DNA of 64,000 nucleotides from Ostreococcus lucimarinus (lineage: Eukaryota). Positions 37,101 through 46,603 of this stretch are shown here, one piece after another. How positions within the stretch are numbered: the stretch's first letter is position 1; every line of letters starts with the position of its first letter. The position numbers were made by a program, and so were the translations under genes. The stretch is from NCBI GenBank assembly GCA_000092065.1, contig CP000591.1, one strand, 5' to 3'. Under the pieces are notes generated by a model. The model was given only the letters and a program-made list of their open reading frames with translations, had not been told where the DNA came from and made no database searches.

Positions 37101-39006
37101 GTGAAATCATCAAGTTATCGCCGAAACTCGCGCTGGGGTCCTTCGACACGTGAATCCAAGGCGTCGGTGTGAACGACGTCGTCACCATGAGAAAGCCGAG
37201 CGAAGCAAAAACCATCGGAACGAGAGCGACTCGCAGGATTAACACGCGAAGTACGAACCCGACAGCTTTCACACGGTCTCTAAAGTCGCCCACGCGTTTC
37301 GAGTATGTCCTGCGCCTCAACGCGTACTCCGCCATGAGCTCCATTCTCTCAGCAGCTTCGCGAGGTATCAAGCGCAAATTGAGCGGCGAAGTCGTCTCCA
37401 AGCGCACGGTTCGGAGTATAGCTTCATCGCTACCGTTCTCCCACGCGACGTCGGGAACAACTTTGAAACGCTGTTTTTCGCGATCGCGCACTGGAGTGAA
37501 ATCATCTCGCATCGCAACTGGTTGAAGAAGAACACGTCGCATCGTCTTGCTCATCATCGCGTGCACTTTGGCCAACTTGTTCACTTGCACAGTCTCTTCG
37601 TCGACTTGCGCACCGCCACCTGATTCGGCGTCTGGGTCGTCCGAGTATTGCGTTAATGTTTTATCGCCGCCAAGCTCTACGTACTCCGCGAATGCCCACA
37701 TGCATTGATCAAAATGGTCTCGGACACGTCCACAAAACTTGACGACTACAGGGCAAATGACAACGCCGAACAAAAGCACGACGAACCAGTTCGTGAGCTC
37801 CGTCTTGGCACCACGCTCCGTCATATCCGGGCCGAATAAACCAGGGTAGAAGAACACGTCCGCTATCGCATCGCGATACATTTCGTTTGAATGACTCGAG
37901 CGGCGCCATGCAAACGCCGTAAATGCAAAGAACTCGATGTACAGCTGGAATCGAAGAAGATTGTGGCTCCAATACTCCTTGTCCAAGACCTTGGCCAACT
38001 TGTAACGAAACATTAGTGCAAACGTAGCGCTCCTTAGTCGCACGGTGTACTTCACCCACGCCATAAGTTTCGATGCGGTCGCGACAAGTTGCTCGCCAAC
38101 CATACTTCGACGCCGCTCGGCGCGCTCCGTTGCGTACAAATTCTTCTGAAACTGTTCCTCAGCTTCGTTCCACAGTCCCGCCTCTTTGGCCGCTCGTTCT
38201 CGCGCCGACTTTTTCTTGTCGACGAGTATATTTTTCAAATCTCGATCTAAATCAATCTTCGTGACGTACGTGATGTGCTCGCTCTTAATCTCCTGCGTCA
38301 ATTCATCCAGCTCTCGCTTGTACTCGTCATCCAACTCTGCGTCGGCTTCACCGCTCCCAATCATCTTATAAGACGCCCCGACGTCTAAAATAACGTTTCT
38401 CTTATCCTCGAAATCGGAAGATTCAAGATTTCGACCGAACGAGTACGCACAAAACGCGGCGAACGCGATGAACGCCGCCGCCACAGCGGTATTCGTCGAC
38501 GTCTCGCAAGTCCACGAAACCTCCACCTCGAGCGTCTGACTCGCGTAACAACCGTTCGTATCCACCAATGCTGCAGAATACTTCCCCTCGACGTCCGGTC
38601 GCAGCGTCGCCCGCGCGCTTCCATCGACGTCAAACGTCGCGTTCGCGAACGACGTCGCGTTCGTCAGCGCGCTCGTCGCCGGCCACGACATCAGCACCCA
38701 CCGCCGCGTCGCATCACTCGCGCTCTCGAACACGTAATCATCAAAGCATCGTTTCTTAGTCGCGTCCAGCGTCGTGGCGTCGTAGGGATCGCCACCGCGA
38801 CCGGCGATTTCGAGCGTCGTCGCCTTGGCGCCGTCGTCCGCGCGCGCCGTCACCGCCGCCATCGACGCGCTCGACACCGAGCACTGCGGCAGCGCGTCCA
38901 CCGCGCGCGCGAGCGCGAGCGCACCGATCACCGCGAGCGTCAACGCTCGCGCGGCGCCGTTCGCGCGCGCGCGCGTTCGCCGCGCGCCTCGTCGTCCCCG
39001 CGGCAT
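34168..39006 (-). CDS. large multipass membrane protein of unknown family, about 1,613 aa
   Basis: Start taken at MPRGRRG... with a signal peptide (ARALTLAVIGALALARAVDA). A cysteine-containing extracellular N-region is followed by roughly 10-11 hydrophobic helices and then about 800 aa of alpha-solenoid-like cytoplasmic sequence. GC is lower, about 50%. The first 303 aa of the track ORF overlap the LIG4 5-prime region and are run-through. Confidence 0.5.
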   Translation of the reverse strand: MPRGRRGARRTRARANGAARALTLAVIGALALARAVDALPQCSVSSASMAAVTARADDGAKATTLEIAGRGGDPYDATTLDATKKRCFDDYVFESASDATRRWVLMSWPATSALTNATSFANATFDVDGSARATLRPDVEGKYSAALVDTNGCYASQTLEVEVSWTCETSTNTAVAAAFIAFAAFCAYSFGRNLESSDFEDKRNVILDVGASYKMIGSGEADAELDDEYKRELDELTQEIKSEHITYVTKIDLDRDLKNILVDKKKSARERAAKEAGLWNEAEEQFQKNLYATERAERRRSMVGEQLVATASKLMAWVKYTVRLRSATFALMFRYKLAKVLDKEYWSHNLLRFQLYIEFFAFTAFAWRRSSHSNEMYRDAIADVFFYPGLFGPDMTERGAKTELTNWFVVLLFGVVICPVVVKFCGRVRDHFDQCMWAFAEYVELGGDKTLTQYSDDPDAESGGGAQVDEETVQVNKLAKVHAMMSKTMRRVLLQPVAMRDDFTPVRDREKQRFKVVPDVAWENGSDEAILRTVRLETTSPLNLRLIPREAAERMELMAEYALRRRTYSKRVGDFRDRVKAVGFVLRVLILRVALVPMVFASLGFLMVTTSFTPTPWIHVSKDPSASFGDNLMISLFVGLGAIAVSMKMAVVSETLEPNLRPVPIFEMLSIFLKVSLATIAAYMEGELPGHGVPALDSVARLESLNSLRNIMPVVVCLVLLVAHMNIQSLRGFGQKRNESRAGAFGGAFMFAVVTYFSRIFNNPPWMSHGLVPHTGGSNWTRPGVVIGIIMTLIAMVMVRVFNHSLGDHKCIRSELEKLSDPEQVEKVEKIMTPEFIKEQVEAENRRDRVVALVAFYNLLSTEQRTQLLSPLVKKTNMPRASQTKDGENEDVGDAWDTASDAFEELGIIMHCIIDDPDQEFLQVAGEGFIRSVIHAYVQGTVEIALWCDDDSPASTWEAVKSIVSTVKDCIKGGESKTFQATVATVSMECIQSFDFANLMSTLLFKAHDIDLDMYGEDYVVSARMFRQIIDDAFEIPPRPIAKKLTQAITHVRDPDTDEVRRLDKAERVTYVARSWLRQEVKAKNRPELNWFSSLGYYAAVGRLQNEADEERLELAHDFMKTLLDASLSTDKQISFYSIRTLATLVRVGDAGPSVFAVDGLKVLFECMEAHAGSSKETFVSEILYALTNADACRSEFLSALSHLIVSMEPGKEREKIHAIELLHQSIKLEMSAVYRVMNTKSDEGEVSKKSYKAFISMSAAQFVHDALYGMLIDDEAETRELSIHALVDLITLFVWGTEGNFYDFEVPVTGSYTDAAFERFVDAAKRKMPGGALMSKTMYRRLYGDIKVQGLQKDTDKLIAVLLKIVNTDDNAGVRAAAERGISDMRALLSDDSALTAITLYDESSDVRDVRGAAPSRETLHNVSAIIHSSVERQRQKDETISKLRLNEFWRKMKEREHSGNSHRQAKSTRGGRVEIERDSDPSKGPAPPIGGRMTMVKGTTGFKRVPDQATPKIVRHPPPPPPTERLERQRRARSALHADRLAKREAASDRWYGGENFRRQRSIESANNEASEVVVSSNIAALNERPTFTAPRYGTTKVPREFRRAPRPPE

Positions 39007-39319
39007 GGATTCGCTCGCCTCGGACGCGCGCGCGCGCGCCCGCGCGCTCGCGCGCCCGCGCGCGCCGCCCGCGCGCGCGGCGCCGAGCGATGACATCGCG
39101 CTACGCCTCGCGCATGCTCGCGAGACGACGGATCGCGGGCGACGCCGTGCGTCGCGGTTTACCGTCGCGCTGCAAACGGTCGATGACTCCGTCAGAACGC
39201 GACGACGACGAAGACGACGACGAAGACGACGAAGACGCGCGCGCGCGCGCGACGGAGGCGCGGCGAAACGCGCGTCGGCGTCGCGACGACTGCGCGGCGC
39301 GAACGCGCGCGTGACGGCG

Positions 39320-42304
39320 ATGGACGACGTTGCGAATGATTCCGGGCACCGTCTCGGAACGCGCGACGGCGGCGACGACGACGACGACGACGCGGAAGAG
39401 GACGGCGCGCGGTTGACGAGCGAACCTTCGACGTCGGGCGCGTCGCTGAGATACGCCACCGCGCGCGACGTGCCGTTTCGAAAGCTGTGCGGCGCGTTCG
39501 AGGCGTTGCAGAACGAACGCGGTCGGTCCAAGGCGACGAGCGCGCGGCGGTATCGAGTGCTCGATACACTGCACGATCGATGTCTCGTGAGCGCGCGCGA
39601 TGGAACCCGCGTCGACGCGTTCGACGCGTATCGGTTGATACTGCCGGCGTTGGACAAGGAACGAGGGGCGTATTTCTTGAAACACGACGCGTTGGCCAAG
39701 GTGGTGGTGTCGGCGTTCGACATGTCTCGAGCGAGCGAGGACGCGAAAAAGTTGGAGGATTGGAAACGAAAGGGTGGCGGTAACTTTCCGCAAGTTGTTC
39801 GAGACGTTTTGGCGGGTGGACATCTCGCGGATCGTGAGAAAGATGAAGACGCGCGCACGTTGACCATCGGAGACGTGAACGAGGCGTTGGACGCATTGGC
39901 GGCGTGCGATAACAAGGATCAGCGCGCGTCGACGCTGCGGGCGCTGTTTTCAAAGATGGATGCGACGCAAGTGAAATGGACGTGCGCAATCATATTAAAG
40001 GAAACAAAAATTTCAATGGGAGAGAAGGCGATATTGCGTCATTATCACTCCGAAGCGAATGACTTGTGGGATTGGACTAGCGATTTGCGAAGAGTTTGTG
40101 AAGACTTACCGCGGCGAGACTTCCGGATGAAGCGCGAGGACATCGATGTGGGCGTAGGTTTAATTAATCCTCAGATGGCGAGAAGGCAAAACAGCATCGA
40201 TGCCGTGTACCGCGCGTTGAAAGGTACGCAGTTTGTCATCGAAACCAAATTCGACGGCGAGCGCATTCAAATTCACAAAGACGGCGACATCATCAACTAC
40301 TGGACGAGAAACATGAACGATTTTGGCCCTCGTGGCTACGATGTGATGAATGCTCTCTTTCGTCATTTGCCAAAGCGATGCATTCTCGACGGCGAACTCA
40401 TGGTTTGGAACAAGCTTCGCGATCAGTCGTACCCGTTCGGCGCGTTGAAGAATCTCATCAAGGCTGCAAATATGCGCAAGGCCAAGGATGAATTGTTTCC
40501 ACTCAAGGCACACCTCGAAAACCGTGATGGTGGTGATAGCGACGGTGAGGAGGATCTCATGAGCTCCAAGTATGCGTGGTACGCCGAGAACGTAAAGAAA
40601 CTCACGTATGGAGACTTGGAATTGGTCTACGTTCCGTTTGATATATTGTATGCCGTCGATCGAAGTGTGAAGACTCATAAGCTGAGAGAGCGGCATGAAC
40701 TTTTGAAAGAGCATGTGCGTGAAGTATCAGTCATGTGTGGGAATATTCGTGCTAGAATTCTTCTCGCGACGCCCGATTGCGCGTTCTCACGTGTAGGCTC
40801 AACGAAGGAGGATATCGAGCGCGCGCTGTTAGAAGCGATGGATAACGGAGAGGAGGGATTGGTAATCAAAGATCTCGACGGTCCATGGATACCAGGTGAT
40901 CGTAGCAATAACTGGATGAAAATCAAACCAGACTACTTATCGAGTGAAGATTTGGACGTCGTTCTCATCGGCGGCTATTACGGCGCCGGTGAGTTGCGCG
41001 GGGGCAAAATTTCGCAGTTCCTCTGTGGCATTGTGGAGGCAACGAACGATCCGATTAGCACCGCTTCAGATGGAGTCAAAATCATGAGCTTTTGCAAGGT
41101 AGGTACTGGTATCAGCGCCATGCAGCTCGACGATTTGAGAAGTCGGCTAGGCGACTTCATGCACAGAGAAAAGCCTCAAGACATGAACTACAACGTCACG
41201 GATGCTTACAACGAAAAGCCGGACGTTTGGATCTGGCCTCCTCAGCGATCATTGGTTGTGACGGTGAAAGGTGACATTCGTGCGATTCGCACGACAACTT
41301 TCGCAACTGGTTACAGCCTGCGTTTCCCCCGCGTCACCGGTATTCGATATGACAAAAAATGGTCCGACATCTTGACACTCTGCGATCTCTTAAAGACGAT
41401 TGAAGAGGAAGTACCGACATTGAAAGTGAATATCGACGATACACGAGGCGGTACGAATGCCCGAAAGCGTTCGCGCACGACGGGACCCGCGACGCTACTA
41501 CCTGCACATCTCATGCCGGTTGACGTTTCGGGCGTCGTGCAGGAATCTGAAATCTTCAAAAACATGCAAGTGCACATCGCGAACTGTGAAAGTCGAGAAC
41601 AAAAGCAGGAGCTGTTCAAAGCTGTCATCGCACGTAGTGGTACTACGAGTGAGTTGTGGCACAAGCATGTGACGCACAGCGTTGCGTTGAACCGCGACGG
41701 CTCAAAGTTCAGGACGGCGAGTCGGGAAGGCGATGTGTACACGATTGCCTGGCTCCAAGAGTGCATTCACGAAGGACGTGTGGTACCGCCGAAACCTCGA
41801 CATCGCTTACATCTCTCAGCGACGACGTGGTATGGTACGGATGCCATGGATCGATACGGAGATGATCATTTCTCGGACTGCAATTTGGCCGACGTACACG
41901 CGCTCGTGCATCAAGTTGGCGATCAAACTAAGCGTTGGAAAACTGCCGAAGTTCCAGCATTGGTGGAGCTCGATCGCGAGTATCCATCGGTGTGTGCTGA
42001 TGTGAAACTTTTGACGTTTAGGGGTTGTGTGTTCGAGATTGACGATTCTCTCGGCAAAGATGCGCGTGTTGATGAGCAGAGTAGTATGTTTCCAAGTGTG
42101 CTGGCGGGCGAACGTCGAAACGTCGAACAGATTCTTCGGATTTATGGTGGAAAGCTCGCACCTGAAGGCAGAATGGGGACACATATTGTGCGCATGTACG
42201 ATGACTCCGTTGTCTTTGAAGATATGGATGATGGAAGAAAGCAAGTTTCGCTCTCTTGGGTGAAACGTTGCATCGACCGGTCGACAACGGCTGATGTAGT
42301 CTAA
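39320..42304 (+). CDS. LIG4: DNA ligase IV (ATP-dependent, NHEJ) with tandem C-terminal BRCT domains
   Basis: Adenylation motif ETKFDGERIQIHKDG, OB-fold region, and two BRCT-like modules (IFKNMQVHIANCESREQKQELFKAVIARSGT and LRIYGGKLAPEGRMGTHIV). ATG at 39320 (MDDVANDS). Confidence 0.85.
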   Translation: MDDVANDSGHRLGTRDGGDDDDDDAEEDGARLTSEPSTSGASLRYATARDVPFRKLCGAFEALQNERGRSKATSARRYRVLDTLHDRCLVSARDGTRVDAFDAYRLILPALDKERGAYFLKHDALAKVVVSAFDMSRASEDAKKLEDWKRKGGGNFPQVVRDVLAGGHLADREKDEDARTLTIGDVNEALDALAACDNKDQRASTLRALFSKMDATQVKWTCAIILKETKISMGEKAILRHYHSEANDLWDWTSDLRRVCEDLPRRDFRMKREDIDVGVGLINPQMARRQNSIDAVYRALKGTQFVIETKFDGERIQIHKDGDIINYWTRNMNDFGPRGYDVMNALFRHLPKRCILDGELMVWNKLRDQSYPFGALKNLIKAANMRKAKDELFPLKAHLENRDGGDSDGEEDLMSSKYAWYAENVKKLTYGDLELVYVPFDILYAVDRSVKTHKLRERHELLKEHVREVSVMCGNIRARILLATPDCAFSRVGSTKEDIERALLEAMDNGEEGLVIKDLDGPWIPGDRSNNWMKIKPDYLSSEDLDVVLIGGYYGAGELRGGKISQFLCGIVEATNDPISTASDGVKIMSFCKVGTGISAMQLDDLRSRLGDFMHREKPQDMNYNVTDAYNEKPDVWIWPPQRSLVVTVKGDIRAIRTTTFATGYSLRFPRVTGIRYDKKWSDILTLCDLLKTIEEEVPTLKVNIDDTRGGTNARKRSRTTGPATLLPAHLMPVDVSGVVQESEIFKNMQVHIANCESREQKQELFKAVIARSGTTSELWHKHVTHSVALNRDGSKFRTASREGDVYTIAWLQECIHEGRVVPPKPRHRLHLSATTWYGTDAMDRYGDDHFSDCNLADVHALVHQVGDQTKRWKTAEVPALVELDREYPSVCADVKLLTFRGCVFEIDDSLGKDARVDEQSSMFPSVLAGERRNVEQILRIYGGKLAPEGRMGTHIVRMYDDSVVFEDMDDGRKQVSLSWVKRCIDRSTTADVV

Positions 42305-42350
42305 ATTTAGCGGCTGGTGTTCGCGTCCCCTGAATGATTGACGCGATACG

Positions 42351-43688
42351 ATGCGCACGTCACAGGACTTGGCTCTTTTAGAACCATTTGTTCCGAAGGC
42401 GGCGAAATGGCTCTCGTCGCACGCAGCTGATGGATGTCTCTCCATTTCACGCCGCCGCGGGAGAGCCGCCTTGCTCTTTGTGGATATGAATGACTTTGTA
42501 AAAGTTAGTAATGGTGCGGTTCGCGAGCACGCATTGGCTGCCGCATCTTTCAACCACATTCGCCCGTCTATATACGGTAAACGGCGCAACCTCGAGGCCT
42601 CCGCTCGATGTGCAGCGTGCTTACGAGACGTGCTCGCTGAATACTTTTCTATACTCGCAGACATCGTGAGCGCGTACGACGGCGAGGTGTTGGCATTCAT
42701 AGGGGACGCCATGCTTGCTGCGTGGTTCGTACGCGGCGACATGGATGACGATGAAGAGATGCGGTGCGCCACAAAACGGGCTCGGCTCTGCGCGCAGGGC
42801 ATTCTCACGAATGTTCACGGGCGTGCCTTGAAAGAAATTGTCACCATCACGCTGAAAGCGATGATCTCTGCAGGCCCAGTCGTCGCCATTCCCACCAAGT
42901 TTCCCAATCATGCACGCGGTGTGGTGGTAATCGGTGACGCGTTTGATGACTTAAGAGCGATGAAGGGATTAATGCAATCGGGGAAGGTCGTTTTCAATGC
43001 GTTAAGTTGCGCACTCCTCGCATCGGGTGGAAACAGAGACACGGCGAGCGCAACGACATCGATTTTCACGACACTGCCACGCGCGCGTGTCAAGGAATTC
43101 ATCCCGTCGCACGTTTTCAACGCATTTGCAGATGGTTTGATCGGGTTCGACGATAAAACACCTTCCTTGAGCGAGGTGTGTACCGTCGCCTTTGTGCGAT
43201 TCAATCCCAAAGGAGACGACTGTGTAGTCGAATGCATCGGCGTCGTGCATCGCGTGGTTTCGCAATATCAGGGCGTTGTTTTGCAAAGTATCGTAGATGA
43301 CAACGGGCCTTCGTGCTTGTGCGCGTTCGGCGTTCCCGGAACCCCCAAGCGCGGCGCGACGACGAGAGGATTGCGATTCGCGCGAGATCTCTTGAAAACA
43401 CTAGACGGTGCGCTGACGCACGCGCGGTGTGGGTTGTCCACAGGCGTCGTGAACATAGGTGCCGCGTGTGAGGTGAACTCTAAGTCGCATTCCGAGTTCT
43501 CGCTCGTCGGTGTCCCAGTGATACTGGCCGCCCGACTAGCTGATGCGGTGAAACCTGGCGTCGCGGCGATGGATGAAGAGACGCGTGTTTGGGCGGCTTC
43601 AGCGCTCAACAATAATGCGCGTACGTCTCGCATTGAATTATGTTTAAAAGGTTTCCCGCGAGCGATGACAACGTTTATCATAGAGTAG
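42351..43688 (+). CDS. class III nucleotidyl cyclase with two tandem cyclase-homology domains (soluble adenylyl cyclase-like core)
   Basis: CHD1: AALLFVDMNDFVKVS...DGEVLAFIGDAMLAAW, with both metal-binding Asp positions present. CHD2: CTVAFVRFNPKG...GLSTGVVNIGAACEVNSKSHSEFSLVGVPVILAARLADAVKPG, lacking the Asp pair as in sAC C2. About 55% GC. Confidence 0.65.
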   Translation: MRTSQDLALLEPFVPKAAKWLSSHAADGCLSISRRRGRAALLFVDMNDFVKVSNGAVREHALAAASFNHIRPSIYGKRRNLEASARCAACLRDVLAEYFSILADIVSAYDGEVLAFIGDAMLAAWFVRGDMDDDEEMRCATKRARLCAQGILTNVHGRALKEIVTITLKAMISAGPVVAIPTKFPNHARGVVVIGDAFDDLRAMKGLMQSGKVVFNALSCALLASGGNRDTASATTSIFTTLPRARVKEFIPSHVFNAFADGLIGFDDKTPSLSEVCTVAFVRFNPKGDDCVVECIGVVHRVVSQYQGVVLQSIVDDNGPSCLCAFGVPGTPKRGATTRGLRFARDLLKTLDGALTHARCGLSTGVVNIGAACEVNSKSHSEFSLVGVPVILAARLADAVKPGVAAMDEETRVWAASALNNNARTSRIELCLKGFPRAMTTFIIE

Positions 43689-43708
43689 CTGCAACTAACT
43701 GATTCTTT

Positions 43709-45987
43709 CTATTCAATATCACCAAGTCCTGTCCTAGTTCTGTCGTCTTCGTCTCTTGATTGTGCGGCGCACCGCGTGTCGGCGAGCGCCTTGGGTAATT
43801 TGTAAGCCCACTCACACGAGCATGTTATTGGATCTTTCAATACCTCTGTCACGACGCCTCGAGTGGCGAGACGAGATTGCTCTCCCTCCGCGATGCCGCA
43901 GTGCCGCTCCACAACTCGCGGCTCGTACTCTTTTCCATCCTTTCCCCCGCCGCTGCGAGGTCGACCTTGCTTGTCGTACGCTTCGTTGAAGCAGAAGTAC
44001 TGGTCGTGGTTGAGCGCGTTGTTGATCGCCGTATCAAATGCCTCGTCCTTTTGTTTATCATCGAAACCGCAAAATGAGCCTTCATCGAGTTGGTCGATCA
44101 TGATGACGCCGTGATCGTTATACGATTCCAGCGCCTCGACGGCGTCACTCGCTGAGAAACCGCGCTCGATGACGACATCAGCCATGTTTTTGTCGTCTTT
44201 CGCGCCAATTTTAACGTGAATGACATCTTCTCGAACGTTCCCTTTAAGTCGCATGTCTTCGAGGAACCCTGCTTCGCGAAAATCAACGCCCAAGTCATGC
44301 AAGCCTTCGAGGTTGTAGATGTGATCCATCGGGCACGCGTACGGCAAATGCGCCGTCTCGGCGCCGAGCGCGCGACATCCGGCGAGCGTGTTCCATATTT
44401 TATCGCAGTAACATCGCGCGGGTGGTAGCACAAAGATTCGTCCGAGCGCTTTCGCCAGGGCGAAGCCGTTTCGAATCGTCGTTCTTCGCAATCTGTCCTC
44501 TTCAAAGTGTCGCGTGATGGCGGTTAAATACGCATCGTTTTCCATGCCGATGGCCCGAGAACCATTGAACTTCATCTGCGACCCTTTGGTGGAGATGGTC
44601 AAGTACTTCTTTGGCTTCCAATAATCTGTGTCATCGTCTGCATACCATAAACCATGCTGTCGCAGTCTTTGACGCTTGCCGTACGCGTACCGCGCAGAAT
44701 CGCCGTATTGGTACGTCGTGTGCACCGCGTACGGCTCACCGTCCTCGGGGTGGTACAAGTGGTGCTCTTGCACGAAGAAAGTATGACCGTTGGAGAATTG
44801 CGCGATGGGCAAAACGCCCATGCGAATCGTGCTGTTTGCTGCGAAGACGATCGAGCGATACCCCGGTAATCCGCGCTTGTCATCGGGAACCGCCACCGCG
44901 GGCGCGAGCGCGGGAGATCCTTCGCGCACGAGCAAATTCAGCGCCGGCTGGTCGCGCATCCACGCGATCTCGCTCGTCGCTACTTTTTGCTTCCACTTTT
45001 CCACGAACGCCTTCGCCGGCTCCGTGGGCCGAATGTGCACGATGCCCGTGTTAAAGTTGACGTTGCGACAGTTGGCGTTGTCGGCGCGATCGTTCACGGT
45101 GTCGATGCAATCGCTCGATATCAGCACGTCCGCGTATGCGTAAGTGCCGTTGTTGAATAGCTCGCGCGGATCGCGCATCCAAACCACGTCCGCGTCGCTC
45201 AGAATCGGCGCTATCCCAAGCTCGAGCAAATCTTGAATAAACTTCGTCTTCACCGTGCCCATCTTTTTAAACGTCTTGCTCTTTTGCGTGATGAACTCTT
45301 GATCCCTATTATCCAACACTGACCGCCCCGTGAGCAGCATGGATGGTATCCCAGCCTTAACACATAGTGTGTGCATCTCTTCGTCTAAAGCGCCGACGAA
45401 TATCGGCTCTAAACTCAACTTTTTCGCCGCCGCCGCCCAATTGAAGACGAAATCCTGCACGCTCGCCGTGCCAAACGTCACGAACATCTCCCCCCCAGCC
45501 TTAGCGCCGACCCGCCGCAACTCCTCCGGCACGTGTTCCATCTTCTTTCCAAGCTCCATTTTCGCCGCATCATCGAGCGCATCCGCGGAAACGTCCTTCC
45601 ACGCCTGTCGCATCCACTTCGGCTCGTCGTCGTCGATCGCCAGCCCCGCGAACGTCGTCGCCGGCGGTTCCAACAGCGCGAAATCCATCCCCCGATCCCT
45701 CGGCCTCGATCCCGTCGACGCCGCGTCATCGCGTCGGTTCAATTCCACCCGTCCTTTTTCTCCCTCGTCCGTCGTCGTCGTCGTCGTCGTCGCCGACGCG
45801 AACCGATTTCTCCGCGTCGCCGACGCGTTCGCGTTCGCGTTCGCGTTCGCGTTCGCCGCCGCGTTCGCGTTCGCGTCCGCGTCCACCGCCGCCTCCACGG
45901 CCGCGTCGCTCCGCGCGCGCGCCGTCGCGTCGTACATCGACGCCGACGCGTCGTCGCCCGCCCTCCGCGCCGTCGCGTCGTCGATCG

Positions 45988-46021
<34 letters not shown>

Positions 46022-46177
46022 CGCCATCGCGCGCGCGTTCGCCTCGCGCGCCGTCGTCGCGGCGTCCGCGATCGCGCCGTCGCGCGCGCCGCCGCGCGCG
46101 CCCTCGCGCATCACCATCGCGCACGCCGCGACGACGGCGACGCACGCGAGGCGGCGCGCGAGGCGGCCGCGACGCAT
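43709..46177 (-). CDS. nucleotide-diphospho-sugar transferase, GT77-like type II membrane glycosyltransferase
   Basis: Start taken at MRRGRLARRLACVAVVAAC (signal anchor). Ala/Asn/Thr-rich stem. Nucleotid_trans-like catalytic region with LSDADVVWMRDP (DxD) and a Cys-rich C-terminal domain. The track ORF upstream of about 46177 is Arg-rich run-through. Confidence 0.5.
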
Positions 46178-46603
46178 CGCGTCGCCTCGCGTCCCGCACT
46201 GACGCGCGCGGCACCGACGCGCCTCGCGTCGACGAGCGAGCGAGCGATGGACGCGGTGCGCGACGCGACGCGACGCGACGCGAGACGCGAGACGCGCGCG
46301 CGAGGCGACGCGACGCGCGCGACGAGAGAGGGCGACGCGCGCGCGAGGCGATGATGATTCGACGCCAACCGACGACGATCGGATCGGCGCGAGAACGGAC
46401 GCGCGAAGACGCGCGGCGCGAGGACGGACGCGCGCGACGACGCGACCGTGGACGCGCGAACGATCGACGCGCGCGGACGCGACGCGCGGCGACGGAGAAG
46501 AGGAAACGAAGACGATGAGACGATTGGAGCGATTGTTTGACTGACGGCGACGACGGCGCGGCGACGACGATTCGAATAGGCGATCGAAAAATGGTGCGCC
46601 GAG

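Noticed and set aside
39320-42304. Viral (NCLDV-type) origin for the low-GC DNA ligase and cyclase cluster.
   Set aside because: The ligase has the eukaryotic LIG4 architecture with tandem BRCT domains. The neighbouring genes are standard eukaryotic housekeeping genes with introns elsewhere in the window. Low GC alone is insufficient.
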